A stretch of 64,000 nucleotides of DNA from Catajapyx aquilonaris (taxonomy: Eukaryota). Positions 34,521 through 48,320 of the stretch are shown here, in pieces (within the stretch, counting starts at the first letter, position 1; each line of letters begins with the position of its first letter). The notes under the pieces were generated by a model, which searched no databases, had not been told where the DNA came from, and was given only the letters and a program-made list of their open reading frames with translations. A program made the translations under genes and the position numbers. Location of the stretch: the NCBI GenBank assembly GCA_000934665.2, contig KZ538072.1, forward strand, positions 1 through 64,000, read 5' to 3'.

Positions 34521-36879
34521 TATTGCAGTTGTACGGGCCTCTAATTATTGTGTTATGCATATGATTGTGTCACATGACAAATTGTAATGGTGCTAGGTGG
34601 CCTCGGTATTCAGGTACTCGTTTGTAAGTGCCAACTATTTCGACACCACTAAATTTTCTTCTGTGCACAAGAGGCATCACTGCAGGTTCCGTGTTCCCAA
34701 ACAGCTTCATAGCTTTCATTATCACTTGTCTAGGGCGGTGTTTACTGGGAGCGCGTGTTGTGGGCCAGATATTTCTTTGACAGGTTACTTATGCACAGTG
34801 GGATCCCTTGATCGTGAGCTGAAAGGTAATCACTAAAGCAGCCACAGTTTCTATTTCACGCCCGTGAGAGAGTCAGCTCTCGAATAAGCACCGACTAATT
34901 ATTTGCTCCACTGCATGGACAGATTGGCCAGGTGAATATCAACCAAATACCTGCTGGGATACGGGTGGGCTCAAATGTAATATAATCTTAAATGGTGAGA
35001 AGGTAAAGTGGCCCAGATTTTTTTCTGTCATTGACAGCATAATTATAGTCATGTAGTAGAAGTAGGCTACAGTATGTGGATTTTAAATAGAGTAGTTTCT
35101 AGATAAGCCACTATAGATTTTTTTAAATAATGTGAGTGGTCTCAAACATAACGAAAATGACGCCCAAATGCAAGATTACTGTAACGTTCAGTCGTAATAC
35201 TGTAGTACTGGGTAAGTGTAAACAAAAACCAAATCCGTTAGCATTCGGAGAAACGAATGGATTTGGCGTGCTGAGTCAGTTATGACATATAATTATCTAA
35301 TGAGCTAATACGTAACTTGCACATCAGCAGAGTATCATAGTGACATATTCTAAGCACATAATCTTATCATAAACCTGTCCCTTGGTAATTAAAAATAGTT
35401 GCCAATTTCACAAAATCAAAGCTGTGTGTGCTGTTGTCTTGCCACTGGCATATGCTTTACAAATTACTTTTGTTCTTACGGAATGGGAGCAAAATTTCAA
35501 TCAATTAACATATAATTAGTGCCAGCAGGACAGTGACGAGAGTATATGCGCTTGTATTCTTGTTACTGGTATGATGACACAAACTGTTTTGATTACCTAT
35601 AGTCCTATATACCTTTCAGCCTAAAGTACAGTATGCTCCAGTATTAACAAGAAATACTCTCTCGATTCGGCTGCATTCATTGATGCCAGCATCAGAAAGC
35701 AAAACGTCATTGTAAGAGTCTCCGTTTTACACACTTCATACGTATAATGCTCTTTAGAATTAATGTTAATTGTGCCTAACTTCACAAACAATGAAGTTTT
35801 GCCAGAGAGGTAAAAATGCAGCATAAAATACCACAGAGTACACAAATAATGTGGCACTACTGCTACTGATCATTACTGAAACTCTCACTGTTTCTTTGCC
35901 ATATATTATTGTCATTCGCTATTGCATCTATACTACATCTATACTACAGTTATTTCAAGTTTCTGAGAATATCTGACACCGAGTCGAATATTCAGGTAGT
36001 GTATATGGATTGGAAATGACTGTGACACTTGCAGGTGATAGAAAAGGGGCAAGCAAAGTTTATATGCCCACAAAATAAATTTTATACCGAGTGGTCCACC
36101 CAGAGCATAGTGTTAGTCATATTTGCATGAACACTAGCAAAGAATAGTGTCCGCTACACTGCCACCTAAAGTGTTATTTTTACGAGGTTATGGCAGAGTG
36201 CTTATTTTGTTCACTCGTAATGAAACTTAATCTGTGTCGATAAATAAATATACAGTATATTGATGACGCCTATAAAGAATTGCAAACATATTCTTTACTG
36301 TGCACACTATTTTCCCTTGAACTATTTGTCCGTGCCAGAGTAGCCTACATGGCATGACGATACTAATTATGGGATGGGATAATCGAAAATGAAGCTGAAG
36401 AGTGCATAGGACCTAAATAGGGTATGTATCAGAAGGGTTGGAGAATTCCTGTGCACGTAAAGGAAGGCTGGCTGAAGCATTAAACACAAAATCAAGGCCT
36501 GCCAAGCTCTGCTTGCACCACCAACCATGTAATTTGCCGCCGACATGCATCGACTCGTCGCCTTTGTTATTTACCATAGCGCTACTTTCCATATTCAGGC
36601 TCCTCTTCCGCTCCTATACCTACACGATGGAGAGCTTTGTGCGTGCTGCTATCCAGCCCATAATCATACCCAGTATTCACAAGTCGTTGGTCCATCACAT
36701 TTGGCATGAACTTGACATCGAGCAGAAATCACTATGATTCGCTATAATATCAGGTTATGTCATTTTCTTGAGATTTTGCTCAATATCTGCGCAATACTGA
36801 CAAATTATTATCGTTATCATATGTGCAATGGTATATAAATTCTTGTGCTTTCTGTTCAGGAGAGTCAGTAAGATCAACA

Positions 36880-38856
36880 ATGCTGTTCTTAGTGTTGATT
36901 GGTTTTGTTCTGAGTGTGCCAGGTGCGGCGTCTACTTTCGGTACTTTAAAACGAGCAGAAGAGTCCTTAGAGGCAACCCAACTTCTGGCTGATTTCATAG
37001 GGGATTTGGAAATATTTTATCCGGATTGCGTCGTAACAATAGCTCACGACTATGGAGTTTTGCCTGTGCCTCTGCAGCAAATTATTGCGAACAGATCAAG
37101 CAACAATGGGGGTATATCGATAACCGGATATGTCCATCAGGATGAGGTTGTTACGGAGGCTTCAGTGAATGCATCTTATGTCATAGAATATTGGTTTTCG
37201 TGGTTACATCGGGAGTCGACTGTGCATATGTCGAACTGTGCTCTTCATTTCATCCTGTTTCATGGCTCCAACTTTGCTGATCTCATGCTACAATTGGCGG
37301 CTCAAGTGTTGCTGAACACTCATCGAAACCATTTCATCCTGTGGAGCCCTGATGCAGATATGGAAGCAGTGCTTTTGAGTCCTCAAGCCCGCATTATTCG
37401 CCTGAAGTTGGGTGTAACCCCAGATGATTCTCTAAATCGCTTTAAATTGCAAACAATATGCTTCTTTTGCGCATCCGGATATCCTCAGCTTCTACACTTG
37501 GGACAGTACAGCGAAGATGGTCTGGAGGTGCAGGGTGGCTCCTTGTTTCCGGACACTACCAAGGACTTACACGGACAGATGCAAAAAAATGTGTATATTG
37601 AAGAATTCACCAAGGAATACCTCAAGGAGAAACATCGTGATGCCAAGCCTGTATTTGTGACAGAAGCAGTATTGGAGATGTTAGGTGAGTTTATGAATTT
37701 TGACTGGTACGTGGCTACATTGCCATCTGGTGACCAAGCAGCAGTGGAGACCCAGCGTGATGACGGAACATGGGCTGGCTACGTTGGTGAGCTTCTGTAC
37801 GAACGTGCTGACATGGGCGCCGGTACTCTCTTATTCTCCGAAGTGACCGCAATAGCAGATTATCCTCCACCATATTACCATGATCACTTGACCTTTTTTA
37901 CCCGAAATCCCCGTCCGGCTTACTCCTGGAAGGTCCTCTTCCAACCATACACAATGTTAATGTGGGGTCTTGTCTTCTCAGCCTGTTTCATATGCAGTGT
38001 CTTCTTTTGGATCTTGCTCAATCGTATACGACGTTTCAAAAATCCATTCCGTCTTAAACAACCTCGGCACCTATATGTATACTCCTTGGTTTACATGCTG
38101 TTGCCACTGATTGAGGAAAATCCACCTACAGTACCATCAGCCCATGCAGCACGAATCTTCTTAGCGTTATGGTGGCTCTTCGCAATGGTCATTTGCTGCG
38201 GATACACCAGCAAGCTCATAGGGTTCTTGGCGTATCCGGAGCTAGAGAAGTTGCCGCAAACTATTGATGATATTGTCACCAACGGCTGGACATGGGGTGC
38301 TCTCAACATTCATGCGGTGTTCTTTTTAACTCTCGTTGAACATGAGGAGAATCCCAACTACCACAAATTCGCTAATGAAATGGGGATGACCAGCACTATA
38401 GAAGAATGCATGGAGTACGCGCTGGTGGAAAACTATGGTTGCATATCCCTCCGAATCTTTCTGGTCCTCTGGTCCTATCAGTACGTGGGCAAAGACGGTT
38501 CGAATCCATTCATGAAAGCTGAGGAAAAGTCAATTACAGTGCAAGCAGGAATTGCCATGCCTAAGCACAATGTTCTTTCGGAAAGGGTCGCCTGGTTCTC
38601 GGAACAGATATGGGATTCTGGACTGCTCAGAAAGTTTGAACACGACTTGATCTATTACTCACGGTTCCAGGGTGTCATAAATGCGCGAAAGAATAACGTC
38701 GATAGGTCATTGTCCATAGCTCTCAATGTCAGACAGCTTCAAGGGGCTTTATATTTGCTTGCATTCGGTTGTCTTATTTCAGGTGTCGTGTTGTTTGTTG
38801 AGGGGTTCATGAAACAGAAGAATAATATCTTGCAGCGAAAACGGAAATTTAAATGA
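36880..38856 (+). CDS. divergent ionotropic receptor (IR), intronless CDS, paralog 3
   Basis: MLFLVLIGFVLSV signal; DGTWAGYVGELLY, QPYTMLMW, FLALWWLFAMVICCGYTSKLIGFL, IALNVRQLQGAL; polypyrimidine-AG at 36841-36859 suggests a 5'UTR intron. Confidence 0.9.
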   Translation: MLFLVLIGFVLSVPGAASTFGTLKRAEESLEATQLLADFIGDLEIFYPDCVVTIAHDYGVLPVPLQQIIANRSSNNGGISITGYVHQDEVVTEASVNASYVIEYWFSWLHRESTVHMSNCALHFILFHGSNFADLMLQLAAQVLLNTHRNHFILWSPDADMEAVLLSPQARIIRLKLGVTPDDSLNRFKLQTICFFCASGYPQLLHLGQYSEDGLEVQGGSLFPDTTKDLHGQMQKNVYIEEFTKEYLKEKHRDAKPVFVTEAVLEMLGEFMNFDWYVATLPSGDQAAVETQRDDGTWAGYVGELLYERADMGAGTLLFSEVTAIADYPPPYYHDHLTFFTRNPRPAYSWKVLFQPYTMLMWGLVFSACFICSVFFWILLNRIRRFKNPFRLKQPRHLYVYSLVYMLLPLIEENPPTVPSAHAARIFLALWWLFAMVICCGYTSKLIGFLAYPELEKLPQTIDDIVTNGWTWGALNIHAVFFLTLVEHEENPNYHKFANEMGMTSTIEECMEYALVENYGCISLRIFLVLWSYQYVGKDGSNPFMKAEEKSITVQAGIAMPKHNVLSERVAWFSEQIWDSGLLRKFEHDLIYYSRFQGVINARKNNVDRSLSIALNVRQLQGALYLLAFGCLISGVVLFVEGFMKQKNNILQRKRKFK

Positions 38857-41800
38857 TATGGAGTGCTAATGCTCTTTCACTTCATTGCTTGTGGATTGTT
38901 ATTACGCAAAAAAGAAATGTAACGGGGTCCGGGGTTTTCTCCAGAAAAAAATTAAGTACATTTTGCGCACTATTGTAATGAAAGGAAAATCAGTTTGATG
39001 TTTATCATAACAAGGATAGGATAGAACTTTCCTGATAATTTATAAATTAAAATGGACATGCGCCTGGTGCCAGTTGCTATCTAGAAAGTGGACATATTAA
39101 GCCTTATTCTTCTTTCATGTATACCGGTACCTAAAGTTCATATGAGCATTTTGACCACTGTTAGTATTATACGTACTCAGCCTAGCACGTTTATTTGGTG
39201 ACCTTTCTTTGCAGTCTATACCTGATAAAGTTTTCTTATACCCATATTTTAATGCATCCTTACTATACTGTATGCTTATGTATTGTAATGAAGTTAACTA
39301 AACTTCTAGTCAGTGTGAACTTCTGGGAACCAGACGATGACCTTATACGATTGTAGAGATGCCATATGACCGCCGAAGCCTCATTATCGAGATAATATGC
39401 TTCAGAACCACAAGGTTGGCCTAGAATGTATTTTGACAGACCTACGCGTCTTTCCATGCTACCTCGCCTTTTCAATAACTTTATATACCGTATAGGCCTA
39501 CTCTTACTGTTAGATGTCCCCATGCAATTTTCATATAAACTGCGATCTCATTAAATTAAATGCAGAAGTGAATCGCAGGGACAATACTAATGTCGTAGGC
39601 AGCCTCAGTGATAAAGGGCATGCCCTTTCAGCTGAACTGAATTATCTCACTAACGAGGCTCCGTGAATTAAGTGACACTGTCCAGTAGTTCATAGTAGCA
39701 GTTTGCCTGTATCACTAATAAACACCCTGTAGCGTACATGTATGCCTACAATGCCTACTTTATGCCGTAAGTGCAATTTTACCGATGAGTGGATGTTACT
39801 TGTTTCATGATAAATCATAGCGTTCTTATGTACACACTAATGATATTGTACTATCGTAATAAAGAGAGGTTGCTCTGGTTGGGGGCATCTATAGCAAGAG
39901 ATATTTATTATTTTTCTTTCTCTCAAGAATATACTACATACAAGAATTTCCTTATCCATATCGTTTAAGATTACCTTCACCTCTGCCCTAACATCAAAAC
40001 TTATACGTGGTTTGCACTTTACAATACCGGTACTCATAGGATGGCCTGCATGTCGGGGCTTATGTAATTGGACGAGTTGCTTCAGGGGTCATGCGTATTG
40101 ACTGATTGATTGACTGAGTGGATTTTCATGGAGAAAGAGCATGGCAGGCCAGTAATCGTCTACCTTTTTATTATTGCGGAACCGTCTATTTATGACACGT
40201 ACGAGTATTTAACAGGCAGGCTTCCCTTTTGTTTAATTGAAAGGGGGTGACTCGTGTAACTTAAAGCAGCAATTGTCATATTCGCTTAAAACTAAATAGA
40301 ATAACAGCGTGGAATTAGTTCGATAATTGAAACATGCTTGTTTTTGTTTGGTAAAGTTTATCTCCATGGCGCCATTTCGAATAGTCTTATTTTCTTGTTA
40401 AAGAAACTTTCTCCAAAATCTTTCCAAAATATTGACAGTTTGCGGCAGAACTAGAATAAACTCTCGCTTTGGAAATATATAGGCCTCCTTACGACTAATG
40501 AAATCGAATGAAATCATCCACCTCTTTGATATGTGATCTATACGCGCTGCTAAGAGGTGAAAATATTTTAAAACATATCTTTAAAAAACCAAGTGCTTTC
40601 CAAAAATATATGCATGTGAGTCCTCTTAGGTAAGATCATATTTATTTTACTATGCACTTGTTTGTTCCTTGGGAATTTTTTCACCTCTATACGCGCAACA
40701 TTTCTACAGTATTATAAAAACGTAGCACTCGTAGAAAATATGCACTCTATTTGTTGGAACCATCTGTTTCGAGTTATTTTTTTTTCAGAAATTCCGTAAG
40801 TGCAGTACTTGTCCTCAGGTCACGAAAAGCAGAGACTCGATGATACCAAAACATGTTTCCTCCGTCTCTGTAGAAAGTATAGGTTTACTGCTACCACTCC
40901 GCACCTAATCTTCTTCCCTGCAGCAAGCCAGCAACCAACTTTCAAAGCTATATGCATTAAGGCAGGAAAATGTTCTACTACTGTAATATTACTGTAATAC
41001 TACTAACAAGCTGTATATGCTACGTCTGTGCTTCAATAAATTAATGCATATAATTCTGCGTTTCATTTCAGATATTCATGTAATAATATTACTCGTACTT
41101 ATCCCTGCGGAAAAGCTCGTATTAAAAATATCGCATGAATTAATTTTAATATTTGCGTCAGAATCGACATGCAAATAGGGTTGACATTATATTATTTAAC
41201 AATCCTGTGCCAAACATATTTGTAAAATTCTGATGACATCTTCCCTTCCCCCTCTCCATGTTGGCTATCCACTCTATACACTTTCTCCAGGTGCCCTATT
41301 TGAAGGAAGCAGGTGGTAGAGGACATGTAAACAACAGACGTCACGGTAAACCCTCTCAGAGCGAATTAGGACACAAAAAAATCCAACCGTGAGAGAGGGT
41401 GAGAGGACAGAGGGCACTGTCGACACAACCAGGGGCTTGTTTATGCACGGCCTCACCTCAGTGCCAGAGAAAAACAAGAGCGGTAGAGATGGTAGGCATC
41501 AGACTACCTACTACTTCTCTCCTTGCTTCAGCTCACTCAGGGTCATTTTGGACCCAGACTTGCTGTGGGCCACCTACTCCTCCGGCTCTCCGTGGGATAC
41601 CCATTACAGGTAGATATGATGGTACTAGAGTCAATTACAATGTGTAACAGTCAGAATTATTTACTTCAGCTGTAATAGTTTGACATTTTCAGAATTCGCG
41701 CGGTACTTTCTGGAAAGAACCTTCATAAATCGTTGTCATATTAATGAAGTACTTGGGTCAATTTACCTGTAATCTGATGGGGAATGAGACTTGCTATTAC

Positions 41801-42020
41801 CTGGAAATCGATATAGCTTGCATATCCTATTTTGTATTCGAATTACAAACTGTAGTTATTGGTAGCTATTTGTGAAGTTCGAACTTACGTATAATAATTT
41901 CAATGAAAAGGTGATGTCATTCTTAATTTTTAACAAATCGGTGAAGAGATACGTAGTTATTGCCCATATGTAGCGATGATTTGTAAATAGCCGGTACACA
42001 GCTAATGCGAGCCTATTTAA

Positions 42021-42301
42021 CCCTGGAACCGTGCCGTGCCTACGGGTATTACGGCAACCGTGCCGTGGGGTCTTTTTCGAACCCCACCATATTTTATTTT
42101 TATTAATTATTATATAATACTTTTCGATGTATTGACTATATACAATTATTCTTCGAACAATGCCTAAAATGATCGCTAATTCAAAATAAACCTGTACTTC
42201 CTGTTATATACTGTAAAAAATGGCAAAAGTTCATTGTAATTATCATTTTAATGCATTTTTTTCCTTGGGGTCCAAAAAGACCCCACGGCACGGTTCCAGG
42301 G
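42021..42301. mobile_element. piggyBac-like MITE, copy 2
   Basis: TTAA at 42017-42020 and 42302-42305; same TIRs and body as 159-443. Confidence 0.85.
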
Positions 42302-42933
42302 TTAACAAAGTCTAACAAACGTGTGACAAAATATTACCTTCTAATCAAACTGTTCATGTGAAACGCAATACAAATTGCTGTTGGCGAAACATAACGGCCT
42401 TACAACACACCATAAATATTCATATCTAAAATTTCCTGGTTGCCACTATTAGCCACCTCTACTACGCGCAGAGGTCAGCAAATCAGAATTGCAAACACTT
42501 TTTTTAAACCGCATCCAAAATATCCAGCACAATACACAAAAAGCACATTAACGTTTCTTGTATCAATTACCAGCAATTATATGCAGGGTATATGTCACTC
42601 TGTATCGAGTGACACAACTGGGGCGCATCCCCTATTTCGGTTCGTCAATGACAGAGTGAAACATCTGCCATGGAATACTAATCGGGGCTCCTGTCTGTGT
42701 ATAAAAAAGGGTCTATTGTAGATGGACGTAACAATGCGTGTCAGGGACAAAGGATGTATAGCGAATGCGCGTCTGTTTTTATGCTACCCACGTTTATTCC
42801 ATATAACTACAGTTATGACAAGCTCAGAATACAGTAGGCCTTTGTGTACTACTATAACTGACAATGTACTACAGAGTTGACCTACGTCTAAAAAAGGTGG
42901 ACCATAAACCTCTCTCTCCTATCCCTGCACGTC

Positions 42934-43006
42934 TTCCTCGTAGCTTAGTCGGAAGAGCACACTTCTAATACGAAGTGCGGCCCGGGTTCGAACCCCGGCG
43001 AGGATA
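42934..43006 (+). pseudogene. tRNA-like sequence (pseudo-tRNA or SINE head)
   Basis: Acceptor TCCTCG/CGAGGA, D arm with TAGCTTAGTCGG, T arm CCGGG-TTCGAAC-CCCGG; anticodon arm is non-canonical (CACTTC-TAATAC-GAAGTG). Confidence 0.55.
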
Positions 43007-43050
43007 CAATTTCCTATCTGAACCTGCACCTTGTTGATTATATTGCTAGA

Positions 43051-43343
43051 CTAGCTGTGGCACTAGGCGTTGCCCGGGAAGAAATGAATGAAGGGAAAAC
43101 ACCTGCCAGTACCCCCGTCAACTGTCTGTCTTTCTGTGTGTCCGGCCACCAATGCCATCTGTGGTCCTGCTACTCCAACACCTTCAACCTCTCCCGCCTG
43201 CATAACGGCAACCGTCATTTGCCTGCCATCTGTAGTCAACCCCCAACACCTCCATCCTCTCCTGGCCTGGGGGTGGAGCGCAGATGGCAGGCGGACAGAC
43301 AGACAGACAGACTCACAAACGGTTTTATTTATATAGAAGAAGA
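43051..43343 (-). mobile_element. non-autonomous Helitron
   Basis: Minus strand begins TC (TCTTCTTCTATATA), contains (CTGT)n and ends CGGGCAACGCC...CAGCTAG; inserted between A and T. Confidence 0.75.
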
Positions 43344-46300
43344 TTGGGAAGGAGCCGAACCAACTATTTGGCTACGAATGATCAGCCATTAGAATGATGT
43401 GACCAATAGGAAGGAGCCACTGGATCTTTAACCAATCATGGTCCCACATTTCCAAGTTAATCCGGGAAATTCAGCAGGTGTGATATCAGGATATAATTGA
43501 ATCAATATCTCGCGCTAGTTACGACTATACAATTAAACAAGTTCCGTATCCTGCTGATCAGTCTGTTAAAGACATTGTGCAATTCGCATCTGATAGGCTA
43601 ATGGAAGGAACCTATTTCGCAATACGAATCGGGGGTGTGGTTGAGGTGGTGGTGGCAAGTGGGGTAGGGAATAGAGGACACGAGTGACTAGATATTAATT
43701 ATGCATGTAGCCTCGCAGAACAGTATCCTATAAAAAAAACCAGGTTGCAGCGGATGGAAATCGCAACTTGCAAACTACATTAGCGACAAATCTGAATGTC
43801 GAAAAGTGCACAAAAAATTACTTGCGAATGCCATTGTGCCAATATTAAAGCTGTAAACTTCAAAACTGATTCCTATCTGCGATTGTAGACAAATCTGTCA
43901 CGTGAACAGCATGTTGGTGGGTTAAAAATGGGATGCCAATCTGAGTTTAAATCCATTATTAATCCCCTTAGAGACATTTGTGAACCGCATGGGAACTCGG
44001 GACAGAAACACCTGTCAACTAGCCTATCAACAGGAATTAAATTACTGCTGATGCAGGTCAATCCTTTATTTTGTGCCAGGTTCGAATGTTTGGATTGAAT
44101 CGGAGCGATTGTGATGAGCAACATTGTTAAAAAATTATTTTGAACTGTACATGTTGAGATTGTTACAAAATGGGCCAAAATAGTTCGACAACAATACGGT
44201 ATATACTTTCTAATGAGTGATTGAATCAGTTTGCGAGAGGAATGACAGGTATCAACTGATGCCTCCTGGTGATTGACACAATTATTTGCATGCTCACAAA
44301 ATGTTGCGACATCTGTCATGCGTCAGCGATTACAACCATCATATCCTTGCGTCAAAACATCAATAGTGCTGGGTGTTTCCGGGCCTCGATATCTTGAAAT
44401 TAGTTTGGTACATATATTCATAGTATGCTGTAAGCTAGACTTGAGGTATGACGTAACTGCACTGATATTACACACAGTCAATATTGCAATATTAATATAC
44501 GAAAAGTAATCAGGCTATTCAAAATTTTAGGTATATAATTTAATAATAATATTTAATTTTCTTCTTACAAGTTAGTGAAATGCAATGCAATAAAAAGGTG
44601 TAATAAATGCAATAAAAAGGTGTAATAAATTTGATTCTTCTGATGCTGAGGGTTAATAGGCTAATTAATATGTGTATCTGTGAAACTCCTACAGTAATTT
44701 GTGGGGTCTACATATCACTTCATTTCAATTGTGTTATCCAATTCCCACTTCAAGGATTGCCTAGTTTATCTTGGTAATTAATGGGTTGTAGAAAGCCAGG
44801 ATATTGATCGGGCTACACTGACCATTTTTCCCCCTCTTCTGTCGGTGACCAAATGCTGGGTTATGCAGGTTGTATCAATTTGTAACGTGTAAAAAGACTA
44901 TTGAATAGGAGCATAAATGTCAGGAAACATGACACATATCGGGCTAAAAAAAGTCTTTCAAGTACGCTTATGTAGATAAGGGCCTGCTGTATCAACTTTT
45001 TAGGAGAAAATCTCTAATTGTGTATTGTGAATAGCTAGACATAAGAGGAGATTTTCAGTAATTCGTCTTTATATACAATAACTGTCCATTACAACTGCAC
45101 ATGTTGCGAAGTAACCGGGTTCTTCAATAATATAGTTAATACGATAGCAATTATTGCAAATAACCGCTAAGTGTAGGGACCATTTACTGTGACCACATTT
45201 AGAGTTGTGGTATAAATAAGTAGGCTAAATAAATAAATAAATACATAAGCAAATTTTCGTATATGGTATGAGCAGAAAAGGTTTGTGGTACACTTTGCTC
45301 TTGGGCAAAAACGTGAGCTTTTCTCACTACAGTCAACAATGTGATTGTCACACGTTATGTCCTGTTACAAACGTAGCAAGAATTTTTCAGAGAGGAATAA
45401 CTATTTCCTGTGGAGCTTCAATACAAAAAATGGGTCCCAATATGTGGAAAATGCAACGATTCTAAATCACATTCGAAATAAAACCACTCTAAAAGTTCCA
45501 AAGTATAGAGCGGCTAAAATTGTCATAAATGCTGACAAAACAATTCAAATTTTCAAGTCCTCACGTGACGTCATGAACTGAATAGAAGCTCTCCACACTG
45601 AAAGAAAATAAGCTTAAAATCTTGAAATTAGACTTCATAAAACCGGTATAATTGAGATCCAATGCGTGTATAGGGAATATACGAGTACATCACACCATAC
45701 GTGCTAAAATAATCAAATAATCCGTAGCACCCCATAACGACGCCTCCCAGCCAACAATGACGTCGAGTATTTTGATCTTCAGCCAAGGGATCGCCCTACC
45801 TGGAGCGAATCCGGGCATTACCATCCTTCATATTCTAAACAGGTAGTGCATATATGTAACACACAAAAAAAGAACCTGCATGTTTTTAAACCAGCTCGCG
45901 TCCTTCAACTACCGGTATGGTTTTAATTGGAAGCGACACCATAATATGGCATAATGATTACAACGCACGGGTCTAATTAATTATGGAAGCGCAATCCATG
46001 TACAAATTTATTCATTGGTGACGCATGTGGGTTATATCTGCAATGAGGTTTCTGGGAAACCACCAGTGTGACATACGTAGTTTGCTGCATATTCTCGTAC
46101 AGTATTACTCAGAAGACTATTGAGAAATAGCAGGAACTACTTCTTAGTATGGCTTCAGCTTCTCATATGACTGTCTAATGAGTATGGAAAGGCTCATTCA
46201 CGGTGTGCTCAATGCTTACTACAGTAGCCTACATACCACAATAGATGACATACACTTGATTCATGCATGCTCGTATTATTTCGCTTGATTAAATTGTCAA

Positions 46301-46429
46301 CACCGTCGGAGAATGAGAAAATGTCTCAAGTTTAGGCCATTTTAGCACAGCCTGTTTGACTTGCATGTTATTGGTATTTAACATTACCAAATCACATGAA
46401 ATATGTAGTAATTTTTTTTTCCTCCTAAG

Positions 46430-48320
46430 AAGGTCATCGTGCTCGCCTGAAAGAAGAAGACGTCACTCCAGAAGGTCCACGTGGATGCCTATGTACACCT
46501 CGAAGTGCTAGAGAACAGTAAAAAGGCACCTTTTACGACATACATCTTGGTGGACATACCACTGCGAAGAATTACGTCCCAGCGAAAATGACACCAGTCA
46601 ATCGTTGGTATTTGTATGTACACTTAAGAAGATAATGCAATGAGATGCATTGGTGAAGGTTTGCTGTGTATACGCTATGTTCCTTAGCCCAGGATGGCCA
46701 AAAATAACTGGTCATTGGGAATATTAACTCCTTTGACAAAACTGTCCGTTTCTGGCCTATTTACTCAAATGTGATCAAACAGGATATTTTGTGTTAGAAG
46801 AGCAAACAAGGACCTTCGCAGCCTTTGGCAAAAGGTGCGTACATGCGGAATATTTTCTTTGACGGACAGCTTTGCGGAAATTGTAAATGCCTCGGTGTAT
46901 TATATTTAAAAAAAAGCCCTCGAGTGTTCTCATTAAATTGACATACTTGGAACGAGGCAATTACTAAAATCGATATGCTTCGTTATGAAAATGAAACTTT
47001 GCGATTCAGTATGCAGAGCAAAGCAGCAGGCTTTTAAAAGCTTTTCCTATCGCCAAATTTCATGCTCAAAACCCCGTGTAATCAGTTTACTGGCGTCCTG
47101 CATGAGCGGAAATAAAATTCAATTACTGAAAGGTCAGGAAAATCCAGACTGAAACTAATCTGCCAGGATCAGTCAACCCCAAATGGCATTCTCAATAACA
47201 GCATCAATCGGGCAGAGCTCGGATCATAACAAGCCATTGAGATTATTACAATCAAAAGCTGCAGTGTGTTCCGGAATCTCATCTTGTCCAGATTTTTCCG
47301 TGGTCCATCAGCATCCAAACCGAAAAAAATAGCGAGGCTCGAGCTGTCAAGAGAGCTATCCGTTGACAGTGATGACAAAGACTGTCATGGAGTTGCTCTC
47401 TTTATGGACGAGCTGGATTTCAACCTCTGGGGCCAGCTAGCCTTTTGTAAATAAGATTGTCTGTATTTATGTGATAAAAAAATGGGTGGGGGGGGGCGAT
47501 TAAATACTCTCCTGACACTAATCAGCATGATTTTACAGGTCTTTCATGGAGCGAATCGCATTGGGTGATGTCATCCTCATGAGACAAATGCCCATAAGTT
47601 GAATAGCACTCTGGATGCAGAGGTGAAAAAGCTTCAGGGAACACTCTTTTACTGGCTCAATTCCCTTTATGGATCTTCAACATTCATCCCAGAGGGCTTT
47701 CAAACCCTGCACTCCCCACTCTTTTAAATTCCAGTGGATACTGCAAGTGTTGCATGCCAACTCAATGGAGAAGCCCTTTGTGTTCCAAAGGTTGGTGAAA
47801 TTTTAATGTCTGAATTAAAACTGAGTCCCAGTGTTGTTTGATTGTGCACACTAGTCTGAAGTGTAGTTTGACTGGTGGTTATCTTGTAGCTTACATGGAT
47901 TACTACTGACAAAATAATACTTAACATGTTCAAAGCTGTAGCAAGCAGTTCAGAGGCATTCCATGCATTAACCATAGATTATGGTTTTTCACAATACTGT
48001 TCCTGATCCCCACAGCTGAGGAGTGTTTTTTGTATATGATCCCAATAGGGGAAGCCATACGAATTAAATGGAGTTGATTTCAAGTGGGACTGTAGTGAAT
48101 ATAAGGTCAACAACGTGATGTGTCCAGCAAGAACCTGGTCTTCGTGCAAGTCAAATGCTGGCAACTTCTGTTTTCTGTCGTCACCTCCACTCGAGCTTGC
48201 ATGGAGATGAGCAGTAGTTGGACTTAATGTGAATGTTACATTAACCTGCCACATGTTGAAATCTGAAATAGTGATGGGCCCTACTATACTTCCAGGTTGC
48301 CACAGCGTCCCTAGTTGAAA
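46430..48320 (+). pseudogene. possible decayed LRR-Ig gene (LRRNT, LRR, LRRCT and Ig fragments)
   Basis: Collinear, stop-ridden fragments after AG acceptors: PEGPRGCLC, KKLQGTLF...LNSLMDLQ, WWLSCS, GKPYELNGVDFKWDC, VVGLNVNVTLTC. Confidence 0.3.

Noticed and set aside
41270..41610. GC-richer island, possible LINE 5' end or ribozyme
   Set aside because: No termini, coding motif or fold that I could verify
43873..44319. 148-aa minus-strand ORF
   Set aside because: No recognisable domain or supporting splice structure
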